Below, piece after piece: positions 10,201 to 20,924 of a stretch of DNA of 25,108 bases. The position numbers and the translations under genes are program-made. Source of the stretch: Octopus sinensis (Eukaryota); assembly GCF_006345805.1 (NCBI RefSeq), contig NW_021836514.1:1-25108 (forward strand), in the 5' to 3' direction. Below the pieces are notes generated by a model. It was not told where the DNA came from. It saw only the letters and a list, made by a program, of their open reading frames with translations, and searched no databases. Numbering within the stretch: the stretch's first letter is position 1; each line of letters opens with the position of its first letter.

Positions 10201-10446
10201 ATGTATCTGAAAAGAAAGTTTGCATTTGGCAGAACTCATAAACATACAATAGCCTCCAACCTGCATACACTACACCATCATTTTTATGCGCTACATAATC
10301 ACTACATTACATAGGAGATAGATTACTAAGTAAGGATGGGGGAACATTAAGCCTTTGGAGGAGATGTTCATGGGAGAGACATTTGATAGAGGTCAGAGAT
10401 AGGTACAGGTAGTGGGGATGTGGAGGGTGGGCAGATGCATCACGAA

Positions 10447-11153
10447 ACAGCAAAAACTCAGGCTGCTGGTGTGAGAGAATATTGATGATAATGAGATAGA
10501 ATTGGGCATTTGAAATTCTTAATTAGAGCTACAACCAAGAGTTTTCGGTCAGCTAAACTGTGACAAAATTAGATAAATGGATGAATAAATGACAATAATA
10601 AATGAGCGTGGAAGAGAGAGAGAAAGAAGGAGAGTTGGATCAACCAAATGGATCTTAAGTTTTTTTTTCTTTTTCTAAATATACAGCGTGGAAAATGAAA
10701 CGAACTAATAAGGTAATTATGATCTGTGCTGAAAAACAGAGGTTTAGATGTACTAGGTTGAAAAACAAGGTTGCTTATGTGAACATATTCTGATTTTCTA
10801 CTCCTTTTGGCAAGGTGTTAAAATATGAGGTAGGGGAATCTGAATGAGCTAGTTTATATAGGGTGGGGTGGGGGAGCAGAGGTAAAGTGATGGGAGAAGC
10901 AAGTGGTTATCATAATAGAGTGAAAGAGAGAGAGCAGAGTTAGGCTGGTCAAAGATAAAACACGAGGAGACGGAATTTTGGGTAACATAATTTAACGAAT
11001 GGGTTTCACATTGCTGCAAGACAGCAAAAACTCAGGCTGCCAGTGTGAAAGAATGTTGATGGTAATAATGAGATAGAATTAAGCATTTGAATTCTTAACT
11101 AGAGCTATAACCAAGAGTTTTCAGTCAGCCAAACAGCAAAAACTCAGGCTGCC
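10447..11153. repeat. Dispersed and tandem ~112-bp direct repeat
   Basis: Copy A 10447-10558, copy B 11021-11134 and partial head-to-tail copy C 11133-11153, all starting ACAGCAAAAACTCAGGCTGC. Confidence 0.9.
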
Positions 11154-11164
11154 ATCATATATAT

Positions 11165-11315
11165 ATATAAAAGCTTTTTTCAGTTTCCATCTACCAAATC
11201 CATTCACAAAGCTTTGGTCAGCCCAAAGTTATAGTCAAAGACACTTGCCCAAGGTGCCATACAGTGGGACTGAACCATGTGGTTGGGAAGTAAGGATCTT
11301 ACAATGCAGCCATAT
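11165..11315 (-). mobile_element. tRNA-derived SINE head (same family as 2226-2385)
   Basis: Reverse complement match, including AAGACACTTGCCCAAGG and CAGTGGGACTGAACC. Confidence 0.8.
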
Positions 11316-11319
11316 ATAT

Positions 11320-11700
11320 ATCATCATCAACGTCCGTTTTCCATGCTGGCATGGGTTAGACAGTTTTACTGAAAGCCAGAGAGCTACAACAGGCTCCAAT
11401 CTGATTTGGTAAGATTTCTACAGCTGGATGCCCTTCCTAATACCAACCACACCAAGAGTGTAGTGGGTGTTTTTTACATGCCACTGGCATCGACCACAAC
11501 TACGATGACAAAGATCTCAGTCACTCGTCATTGCCTCTGTGAGGCCCAACATTCCAAGATTATGCTTCACCACCTCATCCCATGTCTTAAAGAGTCTACT
11601 TCTTCCATAGGTTCCCTCCACCATTAGAGATTGGCACTTCTTCACACAGCTGTCTTCGTCCATACACAACACATGACCATACCAGAGCAGTCAGCAAGCT
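11320..11700 (-). mobile_element. Family A LINE fragment: tail joined to the ORF end, with most of the 3' UTR deleted
   Basis: Tail motif CTGGATGCCCTTCCTAA, one array unit, then sequence complementary to the RPRKTWDEVVKH-coding region. Confidence 0.85.
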
Positions 11701-11714
11701 TCATAACCACAAAG

Positions 11715-11875
11715 CCACATCTGCACCTAAATGCCTGACAGTATTTAGTTATAGCTCTTTGAATTCAGATCTTGCTGCAGGTCTCTTCACCTTCCTTCAG
11801 AGCCAATGAAATAAGTACCAGACACTCAATTTGCTCCTTATCCTGAAAATTTGTGGCTTTGAGCCAAAATAAATC
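11715..11875 (+). mobile_element. Degenerate SINE (family of 3175-3356)
   Basis: TTGAATTCAGATCTTGC ... AATAAGTACCAG ... CCTGAAAATTTGTGGCTTTGAGCCAAAA resembles the 3175 copy. Confidence 0.5.
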
Positions 11876-12974
11876 ATTCTTATTGGGCATTAAAGAGGGA
11901 ACGGTTTTGTTATCCAGCTCTGTTTACGAGTGACCCTCAGTTTATGGCCACAGGATAACTTTTTTTCTCATAAATAACAGTGACAAATTCATATAACACC
12001 GCAAATAATTGTTGACAAAGATTCAGAGAGATTGTATTCACCTCAATAGGCGTCATTGATTGGTTGAAATTGCTGAAATGCAAGAAATTAAACAACAAAT
12101 AGCTTACAAACTACAGAATTTTCTCAAGAAAGCCAAGAGAAAAAGATGTTGGTACTAAGTGTTTAGTTACAAAGAAATTATTTTAAAAATCTGCCGGTCA
12201 AAGCGAAAAGATCCAAATACGGAGATTATGATTCTCAAAAAAATTTCCAAAAGTTTTTGTGGTTAGGGTTACAGAAAAAAGTGAAAAATGAAGAAATTGA
12301 GAGGGGGGGGCGAAAAAATGCCGATTTTTGGCAATTTTCTGGAATGGCAAAAAAAAAATGGGGGAGAAAAAAAGGGGGGGTACAAAAGGAAGTCTTGCCG
12401 AATTCTTTACTCAGTAACATGATCCACATGCATAGCTATACTAGAAACAGGTGTAAAAAACTTCATGTATGTATTAAAAGTACTCTGCACAATGTTTATA
12501 TTATAAATTAAATGAGATACATATTCAATTTCAATAAACTATATATGCCCCATGTATTGAGAGAAAGGTGAGACCTATTTTAATTGACTTCATTATATTA
12601 TTCAATTATTTATTTTACTGAATCAAGATAAAAGTAAACCCAAACAGGGATTTGGACTTAAAAGATAAAGGGACATAACTAAATACTGTAAAATATAGTT
12701 ACCCCAACTCTACAGTTGATATTTTTTTTTAGCGAATCGTAAACATTTCGCTTTACTCCAAATAACAATATTGACTTTGTAAATGTTGGTAATCAGAGCA
12801 AATAACTTTCTCTCAGATAATACATTTCCCATATGTTCGATATCCTCAAATACCGCAGGAATAGTGTCACTGTAGTTCTTCTAAAGTTTACTTTTCGAAT
12901 TATAAATAGTCCACGTGCAAGACGCGACGCGTTTTATTGAAGAACATTTAAAAAAAAAACGGCTGTGTCATTAC

Positions 12975-13106
12975 CTTGTATACGCTTATTCCTTTGGATT
13001 TGAAAGAGACGATCACTTGATCATCTTTGTTTCCATCGCATACACCAACAAGTTCTTCCTCTGAAGGTAGTCGGCATAAAGTAAAAGCTTCTTTTAATAT
13101 AGCCAT
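12975..13106 (-). CDS. NOL11: Nucleolar protein 11, coding exon 1 (MAILKEAFTLCRLPSEEELVGVCDGNKDDQVIVSFKSKGISVYK)
   Basis: ATG at 13106-13104, 132 nt, donor gtaatg. It resembles recalled human MAALEEEFTLSSVV...[26 protein letters not shown] and splices in frame to exons 2 and 3. Confidence 0.92.
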
Positions 13107-13405
13107 ATTGTATAACCGGAAGTGCTTTCTGCGCGCCTGTTATCTCCAGTCAATGAGCACACCGCACGCTGGATGTTAGTAATTAACTATCTCTCAAACT
13201 ATTTTATTTTAAACTTTTATTTTAGATGAATTTTTAAAACACCATAGTAATAATACTAGTTTTAAACAAAACAGCCACAGAAAATAGCAAGATTTGAACA
13301 CTTTTCTTCATTTTTTTTCTTGTTTGCTTCCGTTTCCTTCCCCACACATTTAACTATTTCCGCAAAGGTCGTCATGGCCGATGCAGACTATGTAGGTTAT
13401 TAGGA
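13107..13405. promoter_or_regulatory. Putative bidirectional promoter between NOL11 and the plus-strand gene
   Basis: Divergent start codons ~300 bp apart; ETS/GABP-type ACCGGAAGTG at 13115-13124, GCGCGC at 13131-13136 and an opposite-strand CGGAAG at 13327-13332. Confidence 0.65.
13374..13403 (+). other. Short upstream ORF (MADADYVGY*) or alternative micro first exon
   Basis: GTCATGG Kozak-like context; the stop ends 2 nt before ATG 13406. TAT|GTAGGT at 13392 is also a plausible splice donor. Confidence 0.4.
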
Positions 13406-13940
13406 ATGGTAACTAAGTTTCAAAATCGTGTGATGAACAGTAAATCTTCAGGAGAAAATACGAAATTAAGTTTCAAGGAGGATTCAATTCTTTCCTCGAA
13501 AAACTTCAGCTGTCCCACGGATAAGAGTATCGACAATGTGATAGAAATTAGTAGCAGTAGTGTTGGTCTTAGTGGTGGTGTTGTTTCGACGAGTGGGAAG
13601 AATGAGTTGTCAATGAGTGCCAATTGTCCATCGGTTAGAAGGGCGGTAGCTGGAACGACAGCACTATCGACTAATCTGGGAATTGGTGAAGGGGTTACTT
13701 GCAGTGGAGGAACGTGTTCGTTATCGTCATCGTCGTCGTCATCATCATCGTCCTCATCTTGTTCGAGTGTATCTTTGTCTTTAGCCCAACACAACACCAC
13801 CAACATTAATCTAGAGGAGAGGGGTAGAAGTGTAGAAAGGAGGGAATGTCATAAGTCGCAGCAGGTTAGCAAGACATTCAACGCCAGGCTCAACGATAAC
13901 ATAAAAGTTGGCAAAGATGACGAGAGGAAACTGCAAGCAG
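13406..13940 (+). CDS. Probable first coding exon of an unidentified gene with a low-complexity Ser/Gly-rich N-terminus
   Basis: 535-nt stop-free, relatively GC-rich stretch ending at a CAG|GTAACA donor (phase 1), after which the ORF runs into AT-rich/microsatellite sequence. A 12-Ser run is at 13724-13759. No domain recognised; no exon 2 found in the window. Confidence 0.65.
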
Positions 13941-14974
13941 GTAACAAAAAATGTAATAGTGGCTTTCTTATATACATCTTTAAAAATTTTCATTCTTTGT
14001 TTATTTATCCTCTACCCTCCCCGCTACTTGTATTTCATATATGTATATATATATATATCTATTATCTCCACTGTATCCAAACCTTTCGTTCTTTTATTCT
14101 CAGTCGGTCGTCTTCGCTAGCCTGAAACCTCTCAGCTTAGTGTTCAGACATGACACCTCGATGTTTATATTTTCCAACCTGTTTCTTCAGCTCTCTTACT
14201 TTCTAACTGTGACTATGTGTGTATATACTGATGATTGTGTGTGTATAACAAATGAATGTACCAGCGTGTGTATAGGTGTGTGCCAATGTTAGCTGTGCAT
14301 ACTCTAACATGAAGGTGTGGTTGTAAAAGAAAATTAAATTTGGGTATTCGTATACACATAAACAATGGAATTTTATATATAACGATATAGAGTAGTTTAA
14401 ACTGCATGTGTATAAATCTGTTTCAGAATATGGAAGAATGTTGGTATATAACAATATGAGTGTAAAGATACGTTATAATACAAATACAGCAGGTGTACTC
14501 AAAGATGATGTATGCACCTACTCCATTATTGTCTTTTATTGAAGGCCACCAACAACTTGTTAACGTTTCCAACTGTCCCAGTTTATCCTGAAAACACCCT
14601 TCCCACCATATCGCGATTAATGTTTTTATATATTTTATTCGAGTGGATTTTTTCCCATGAGAAAGGCTTTTGTTTTTCTTTTAGCAGACATCTATGTGTG
14701 TACTACGCTAATAGTCGATTCGCTACGTGTGCATTTATTAAAATAATTTAATCAAAGGCGTGAGATTCGAGTCGTTTATGGAGTAATCGTCGCTTTAGCC
14801 ATGAAATATTTAACTTGTTAATAAAAAGACTGACAACAAAGTGAATCCAATATCATCAGCACTATATAACTAGATATGGTACAGACGTCAGAATGATGGG
14901 TCGGGGTAATTATCATCCGATAGTGTATAAAAACGTTAACTTGGTCAAAATTTGTTTGTATTTGCTTTGAGCTC

Positions 14975-15180
14975 GCTGGGAAATATATTGTGGTTTGATA
15001 GGATCGTTAGAGCGTTGACAAAAATGCCTTTGGTATTTTTCTTATTCTTAACGTTCTGAGCTAAAATCCCGCTGGTCATCTCCGTGGTCGATAAAATAAT
15101 ACCCATCAAAAACAAGGGTCTATGGTTCGACTAACACCCTCCACTTAAAATAATTGGCCTTGTGTTTAAATTTAAAACAA
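14975..15180 (+). mobile_element. Degenerate SINE (family of 3175-3356)
   Basis: GGATCGTTAGAGCGTTGACAAAAATGCC ... CGTTCTGAG ... GGTCGATAAAATAA ... AATTGGCCTTGTG. Confidence 0.6.
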
Positions 15181-15499
15181 TTAATTTTTCTATTAATCTT
15201 AATTAGAAGGCTTAAGACATTTGTGCTCTTGTTAAGCGACTTTTTAAAATGGTTTCACTTTGTCTTAAATTTGTTTTGGAAACAATGATGCTGTGTTTCT
15301 TCGAAGTACTTTTATCTTGAATCTTATCGTCAACGGTTAATAATGTTTGCACGGCTTCTCTACTGTCTTTCTTGCAATTGCAAATCTGGTTTTAGATTAC
15401 CAAGTACCAATGTAAGATGAGTATTGCTTTTGGTCGGTTTCTGAGTTCGACTTCCGCTGGTGTCGTCGACATTGATTCTTTCATCAACACAAAATTATA

Positions 15500-15700
15500 A
15501 ATGTTCTACTTTTGGCACAAGGCCAATACATTGAGGGTAGGGGATTAGTCGGTTACACCGACTTCAGTACTTCACTGGTACTTTATTTCATCGACCCTGA
15601 AAAGATGAAAGACAAAGTTGACTTCGGCGGGATTTAAATTTAGAAGGTAAAAGAGCCGGAAGTAATGCCGCTAGTCACTTTGTTGGACGCGCTAGCGCTT
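15500..15700 (-). mobile_element. SINE (family of 3175-3356), minus strand
   Basis: TTTGGCACAAGGCC ... CTGGTACTTTATTTCATCGACCCTGAAAAGATGAAAGACAAAGTTGAC is the reverse complement of the family body. Confidence 0.7.
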
Positions 15701-15753
15701 CTACAAGCTACAAAATAATACAGAGGAAGTGGTAAATAAGTGATTTCGTCAGT

Positions 15754-15787
<34 letters not shown>

Positions 15788-16844
15788 CTTACACCTAACT
15801 AGCCTCGTTATAATGGTCGCGTAGTATGTACAATAAAACAAATTACTCCATCAGTTACAAATAGTTGTATAATTTATTGTATTATTTGTTAAAACTTTTG
15901 TGTGCAAACAAAACCCATTGCTATTTATATAACAAATGTAGTGGGGAATACGTGGACTAAATGAAGTTCGAAATATACATTTCTCGATTCTTCGAAATAT
16001 CAGAAACGTCAGCTATTTATTTATTTGTTGAGTTAACGATTAAAGCTTAAAAAAAAGAAAAAAACTTGTCTATCTTGCAAACCTGTCGTCCATCATCTCT
16101 GATTTGTTAATTATACTTGAAGCAGTAACTTTCTAATCTGTTTATCACTTTAATTAGCTAAGCAACTATTTAAACTATTTTTAAGATTGTAAATTAATTG
16201 GGTGGAGAGGGAGTTGATTTTCTCCGAGAATATTAGACCAAACGGTTGTTGTTTTTTTAATCCACCCACTTTTGAAGTCTTCAACTTCGCAGTTCGTTCT
16301 TTCCTTTTTTTTATTATCTGAAATAGTTCCTCGAGGAATGTTTAGTGTGATACAGTTTCATAATGCCTGACATCAAAAATATTAACAGGAATTTGGGGGT
16401 TTGACATTTTCTAGAACTCGTTCAGTCATATTGTGCATTTGTAGATTACACTCTATATATAGTGTTGTAATATTCTAAATTCTCAGGTCAGATGTGCGCG
16501 ACCTAGCAAAACCTATGACCAAAGGGCATTCCAATGTGTACTTTCTCTCTTCAGGATGGTGGGATGTTATGTAATTTGGGAATATGACTGCTATTCTTAG
16601 CAGTTCGAGTGGTCATGTAGAGCTCACAGCTGTTTGTGAGTACTTATGTATATCTGTCTATCTGCGCGTGTGTGTCTATATATATATATATATAGGATTT
16701 TTCATCAAGATTAGGGTCCACTGTGATCCGTTTTGCACACCACTTGTCATCGTCTTTTGTTTTTTTCGTAAACTCTCCCTATATTTATATATATATATAT
16801 AGATATTTATATATGTGTATGTATATATATATATGTATACATAT

Positions 16845-18470
16845 GGAGGCAGCATGTGAATCAGCAGCTTGAAGTATTTCAGTGTGCCAGGGAATATTGT
16901 GATGTAGTAGAGAATTGTGTTTGCATGGATGATGATTCACTTACAGTTAGTGGCTCTACAAAGAAAGAGGCTTGTAAGTGCCACTATGAAAAGCTATTAA
17001 ATGTAGAGAATTCATGGGAGGAATATCTGCCTAGTGTGGATTCAACAGAGGGACCAGCAATCTGAATAGATAGTAGTGTTTTAGATAAAGCCATGAAGGT
17101 GGGGAAAACTCTTGCCCATCAGGAATAACTGTTGAAATGCTTAAAATATCTGGCATCGTGAGTTATCATCTAGTCACCTCTATAGTTAATCAGATGTTGC
17201 ACAAAGGAGTCATACCCAATGACTGGTGTAGCAGTACCGCAGTCAACTGCTACAAAAGTAAAGGTGATTCCTTAGATAGAAATAATGACCGTGGTATCAC
17301 ATAGTTGGATCAGGTGATAAAAGTCACAGAGAGGGTCATAGCACAACTAATTAGAAGAGAGTTAGTTTAGATGAGATGCAGTTTGGCTTTGTGCTAGGGA
17401 GAAGCACCACTGATGCTATATTTCTGGAAAAGCAGCTGCAGCAAAATTACCTAACCAAAGATAAACTTCAGTACTTAGCTTTTGTTGACATGGGGAAAGC
17501 CTTTCACAGGGTCCCCTGATCCCTTATCTGGTGGTCATTGTGGAAACGAGGGATAAAGGAGTGATTGGTGAGGATTGTACAAGCTATGTACAGAGATAAA
17601 ATAAGTAAGATGAGGGTTGGCAATGAGTAAAGTGATGAATTTGGGGTACAAGTAGGGGTTAATCCAGGCAATAACAGGAATTTAAGACAGGCTGCCCTTT
17701 GGATCTCCTCTATGCTGATGACCTTGTTCTTATAGCTGAATCACTACCAGAACTAGAGAAGTTCCAGGTATGGAAGCAAGATCTAGAATTGAAGGGCCTT
17801 AGAGTTAACCTAGCAATAACCAAAGTCTTGGTAAGTAGGAAGGCAGACAAATCACAACTTCAGGTAGATGGTCCTGCTTTATCCTTAGGAAAGGCATAGG
17901 TAGAAATTCCATAATTGTACCTGGTGTAAGCTATGGACACGAGGTGCAGCAATATCAGAGGTAGGTTAACTGGGAAAATAGTTTTTGTCTCTGGAAGGTG
18001 CACAGGTACAATAAACACTAAAACTATACAGAAAATTGACTCCATCAAATGCCAGTGGGGTAAGCTAGAGGTACTGGATATTTTCCTTTATCTGAGTAAC
18101 CAAGTCAGTAGCGGAAGTGGATGCTCTGAGAGCGTAGCTGCTAGAATAAGGATAAGCTAGGCAAAATTCAGAGAGCTCTTACCTCTGTTGGCAACAAAGG
18201 GCCTTAGAGTGAAAGGCAGACTATTTACTGCTTGTGTGTGAATGGATATGCTACAAGACAGTGACACATGGGTTAGGCATGGGATGAAGTATGATCTTCA
18301 AACATTGGGCTTCACAGAGGCAATGACTATTGACTGAGACCTTCGGCGATATGCTGTGCTTGAGAAGACCTATCAAACCAAGTGAAATCATAGTCATGAC
18401 TGCTACTGGTGTCACATAACTGGCACATAAAGACCGCCTGTTGAGCATTGGGCCTCATGGAAGCAATGTG
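16845..18470 (+). mobile_element. Older, heavily disrupted family A-related LINE (linker, RT, partial 3' UTR)
   Basis: Homologous to 1-1575 from ~17130 onward; LYADD retained; multiple stops and deletions; PHD region degraded. Confidence 0.9.
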
Positions 18471-18474
18471 ACCA

Positions 18475-20180
18475 AGTATAGGGATGCTGTCAGTAAGGTA
18501 AAGGTTGGCAACAAGTACAGTGAAGAATTCAGGGTAGAGGTAGCGGTCCGCCAGGGTTCAGTCCTCAGCACCTTCCTGTTTATCATAGTCCTCCCGGCAA
18601 TAACAGAGAAATTCAAGGCAGGATGCTCCTGGGAGCTCCTCTATGCTGATGACCTTGCTCTAATTGCTGAGTCACTATCAGAACTAGAGAAGTTTCAGGT
18701 GTGGGAGCAAGGATTAGAATCGAAGGGCCCTAGAGTCAACCTAGCTAAAACCAAAGTCCTAATAAGTAGGAAAGCAGACAAACCACAAATCCCTTCAGGT
18801 AGATGGCCATGCTCGATCTGTAGTAGGGGCATAGGTAGAAACTCTGTAAGATGTACCCAGTGTAAGCTATGGACACATAAGAGGTGCAGTAATATCAAAG
18901 GAAGGCTAACGGGGAAGATAGCTTTTGTATGCGGCAGATGCTCGGGAGCAATAAACACTGAAAATGTGCAGAGAACAACTTCCACCACATTCCAGGGAGA
19001 AAAACTAGAAGTATTTGATAGCTTCCGTTACCTAGGTGACCAAGTCAGTAGCTGGGGAGGGTATGCTGAAAGTGTAGCTGCTAGAATAAGAATAGCTTGG
19101 ACAAAGTTCTGAGAGCTCTTACCTCTGCTGGTGACAAAGGGCCTCTCGCTCTGAGTAAAAGGTAGACTGTATGGCGCATGTGTACTAACAGCCATGCTAC
19201 ATGGCAGTGAAACATAGGCTGTGACTGCTGAGGGCATACCTAAGCTCGCAAGGAATGAAGCCAGTATGATCTGATGGATGTGTAATGTCAGTGTGCATAC
19301 TCGACAGAGTGTAAGTATCTTGAGAGAAAAGTTGGACCTAAGAAGCATCAGATGTGGTGTGCAAGAGAGACGACTGTGCTGGTATGGTCATGTGGCGAGA
19401 ATGGATGAAGATAGTTGTGTGAAAAAGTTCCACACCCTAGCGGTTGAGTGAACCTGTGTAAGAGGAAGACCTGGGATCAAGTGGTGAAGCACGACCTTCG
19501 AACTTTAGGCCTCACCAAGGAAATGACTAGTGACTGAGACTTTTGGAAATATGCCGTGCGTGAGGAGTCCCGGCAAGCCAAATGAGACCATAATCTCATG
19601 GCCTATGTCAGAGGCGTAACCAGCCCACTTATGCATACCTTTTCCTTCCTTGGACACTAAAACTCTGCTTGTGAAGACCTGTTGAGGCAAGTGAAATCAA
19701 AATCAAATTCGATGACTGGCAACCGTGCTAGCAGGGTACAAAGAGCGCCATAATAGTGTGATCATCGACAGAGCGGCTAACCGGCTTCCATGCCAGTGGC
19801 ACTTAAAAGGTACCATTCGAGTGTGATCGTCACCAGCGTTGCCTTACTGGCACTCAAGCCCCGTGCTAGTAGGGTATTAAGTAGGGTATCCGAGCGTGAT
19901 CGTTACCAGCATCGCCTCACTGACACCTGTGCTGGTGGCATGTGTAAAAGATTCGAGCGAGGTCGTTGCCAGTACCACCTGACTGGCCCCCGTGCCGGTG
20001 ACATGTAAAAGCACCCACTAAACTCTCGGAGTGGTTGTCGTTAGGAAGGCCATCCAGCTATAGAAACTCTGCCAGGTCAAGATTGAAGCCTGGTGCAGTC
20101 ATCTGGTTCGCCATTCATCAGTCAAATCGTCCAACCCATGCTAGCATGGAAAGTGGACTTTAAACGATGATGATGATGAT
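18475..20180 (+). mobile_element. 5'-truncated family A LINE with full 3' UTR and (GAT)n tail
   Basis: RQGSVLS, LLYADD, an intact C4HC3 finger (18804-18941), FRYLGD, premature stops (e.g. 19112), five array units at ~19720-20015 and the tail at ~20165-20180. Confidence 0.93.
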
Positions 20181-20233
20181 ATGTGTGTGTATGCATATGT
20201 ATATCTGTATGTATATGTATGCATATATAATTG

Positions 20234-20290
<57 letters not shown>
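20181..20290. repeat. (TG/TA)n microsatellite including a long pure (TA)n
   Basis: Direct reading. Confidence 0.95.
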
Positions 20291-20294
<4 letters not shown>

Positions 20295-20295
20295 G

Positions 20296-20924
20296 TAAAT
20301 ATTTTATAATTATATACATAATTATAACAAGGGCTCAGCTTACGCCTCACCACGCACTGATAAATAGACGTCAAAAGACACTATTACTACCATAAATTCT
20401 CCGAGAAAAACACACTACATAATAGGCTAGAAGAAAGAAAATGAATTAAAACTTTGGTTAACAGTGTACATGATCGTGTTTCGGGCTTAAAGTAATAAAA
20501 AACATTACCTTTTTGCCTTCATCAGCATACCTAGCATATAAATACGAGAGGCAACGGATATGCAAGCGAGCTGCGTCTTTGCTTATCTTAAGTTAAGACT
20601 CGCAGATATATGCTGCAAAGAAGAATTCATATCCTTCCCTTATAGCCATGTGCAATGTGTTAAAGATCAAGTCCGCAGTTAATACAGTTTTGATCAAGGA
20701 ATAAATACTTTTTTCAAATATCAATTGTAATAATAATAAAGGGTAAAATCATAAATGATTTTTATGGTGGTAATACTGTCCTTTGACGTCTATTTTTCAA
20801 TGTGTGGTGAGGTGCAAGCCAAGCCCTTGTTATAAATATGTATATTATAAAATATTTATAAAATTTACCTATGAGGTTTTATGTCTGCACTGACCACTTG
20901 GTAAAAATCATTTATGATTTTACC
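20296..20924. mobile_element. Inverted-repeat-bounded element with a hammerhead-like core (Penelope-like pseudo-LTR derivative?)
   Basis: ~100-bp imperfect inverted arms at 20296-20396 and 20761-20858; a perfect 23-bp inverted pair at 20742-20764 and 20902-20924; minus-strand CTGATGA...GAAA core. Confidence 0.6.
20465..20530 (-). ncRNA. Hammerhead ribozyme-like motif (type I, possibly degenerate)
   Basis: Minus strand reads GTATG-CTGATGA-AGGC-AAAAAGGTAAT-GTTTTTT-ATTACTTTAA-GCCC-GAAA-CACGATC-ATGTAC. The core boxes and stem II are good; stems I and III are imperfect. Confidence 0.55.

Noticed and set aside
11890-12235. Possible additional dispersed repeat (CATTGATTGGTTGAAATT-containing)
   Set aside because: No second copy or clear termini in this window, so it could not be supported as a feature.
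13420-13806. 128-aa minus-strand ORF with poly-Asp as an upstream NOL11 exon or separate gene
   Set aside because: Best explained as the antisense shadow of the poly-Ser exon; NOL11 already has a homologous start Met at 13106.
14490-14620. Candidate exon 2 of the plus-strand gene after CAGCAG
   Set aside because: No polypyrimidine tract, and the phase-1 frame stops after ~16 codons.
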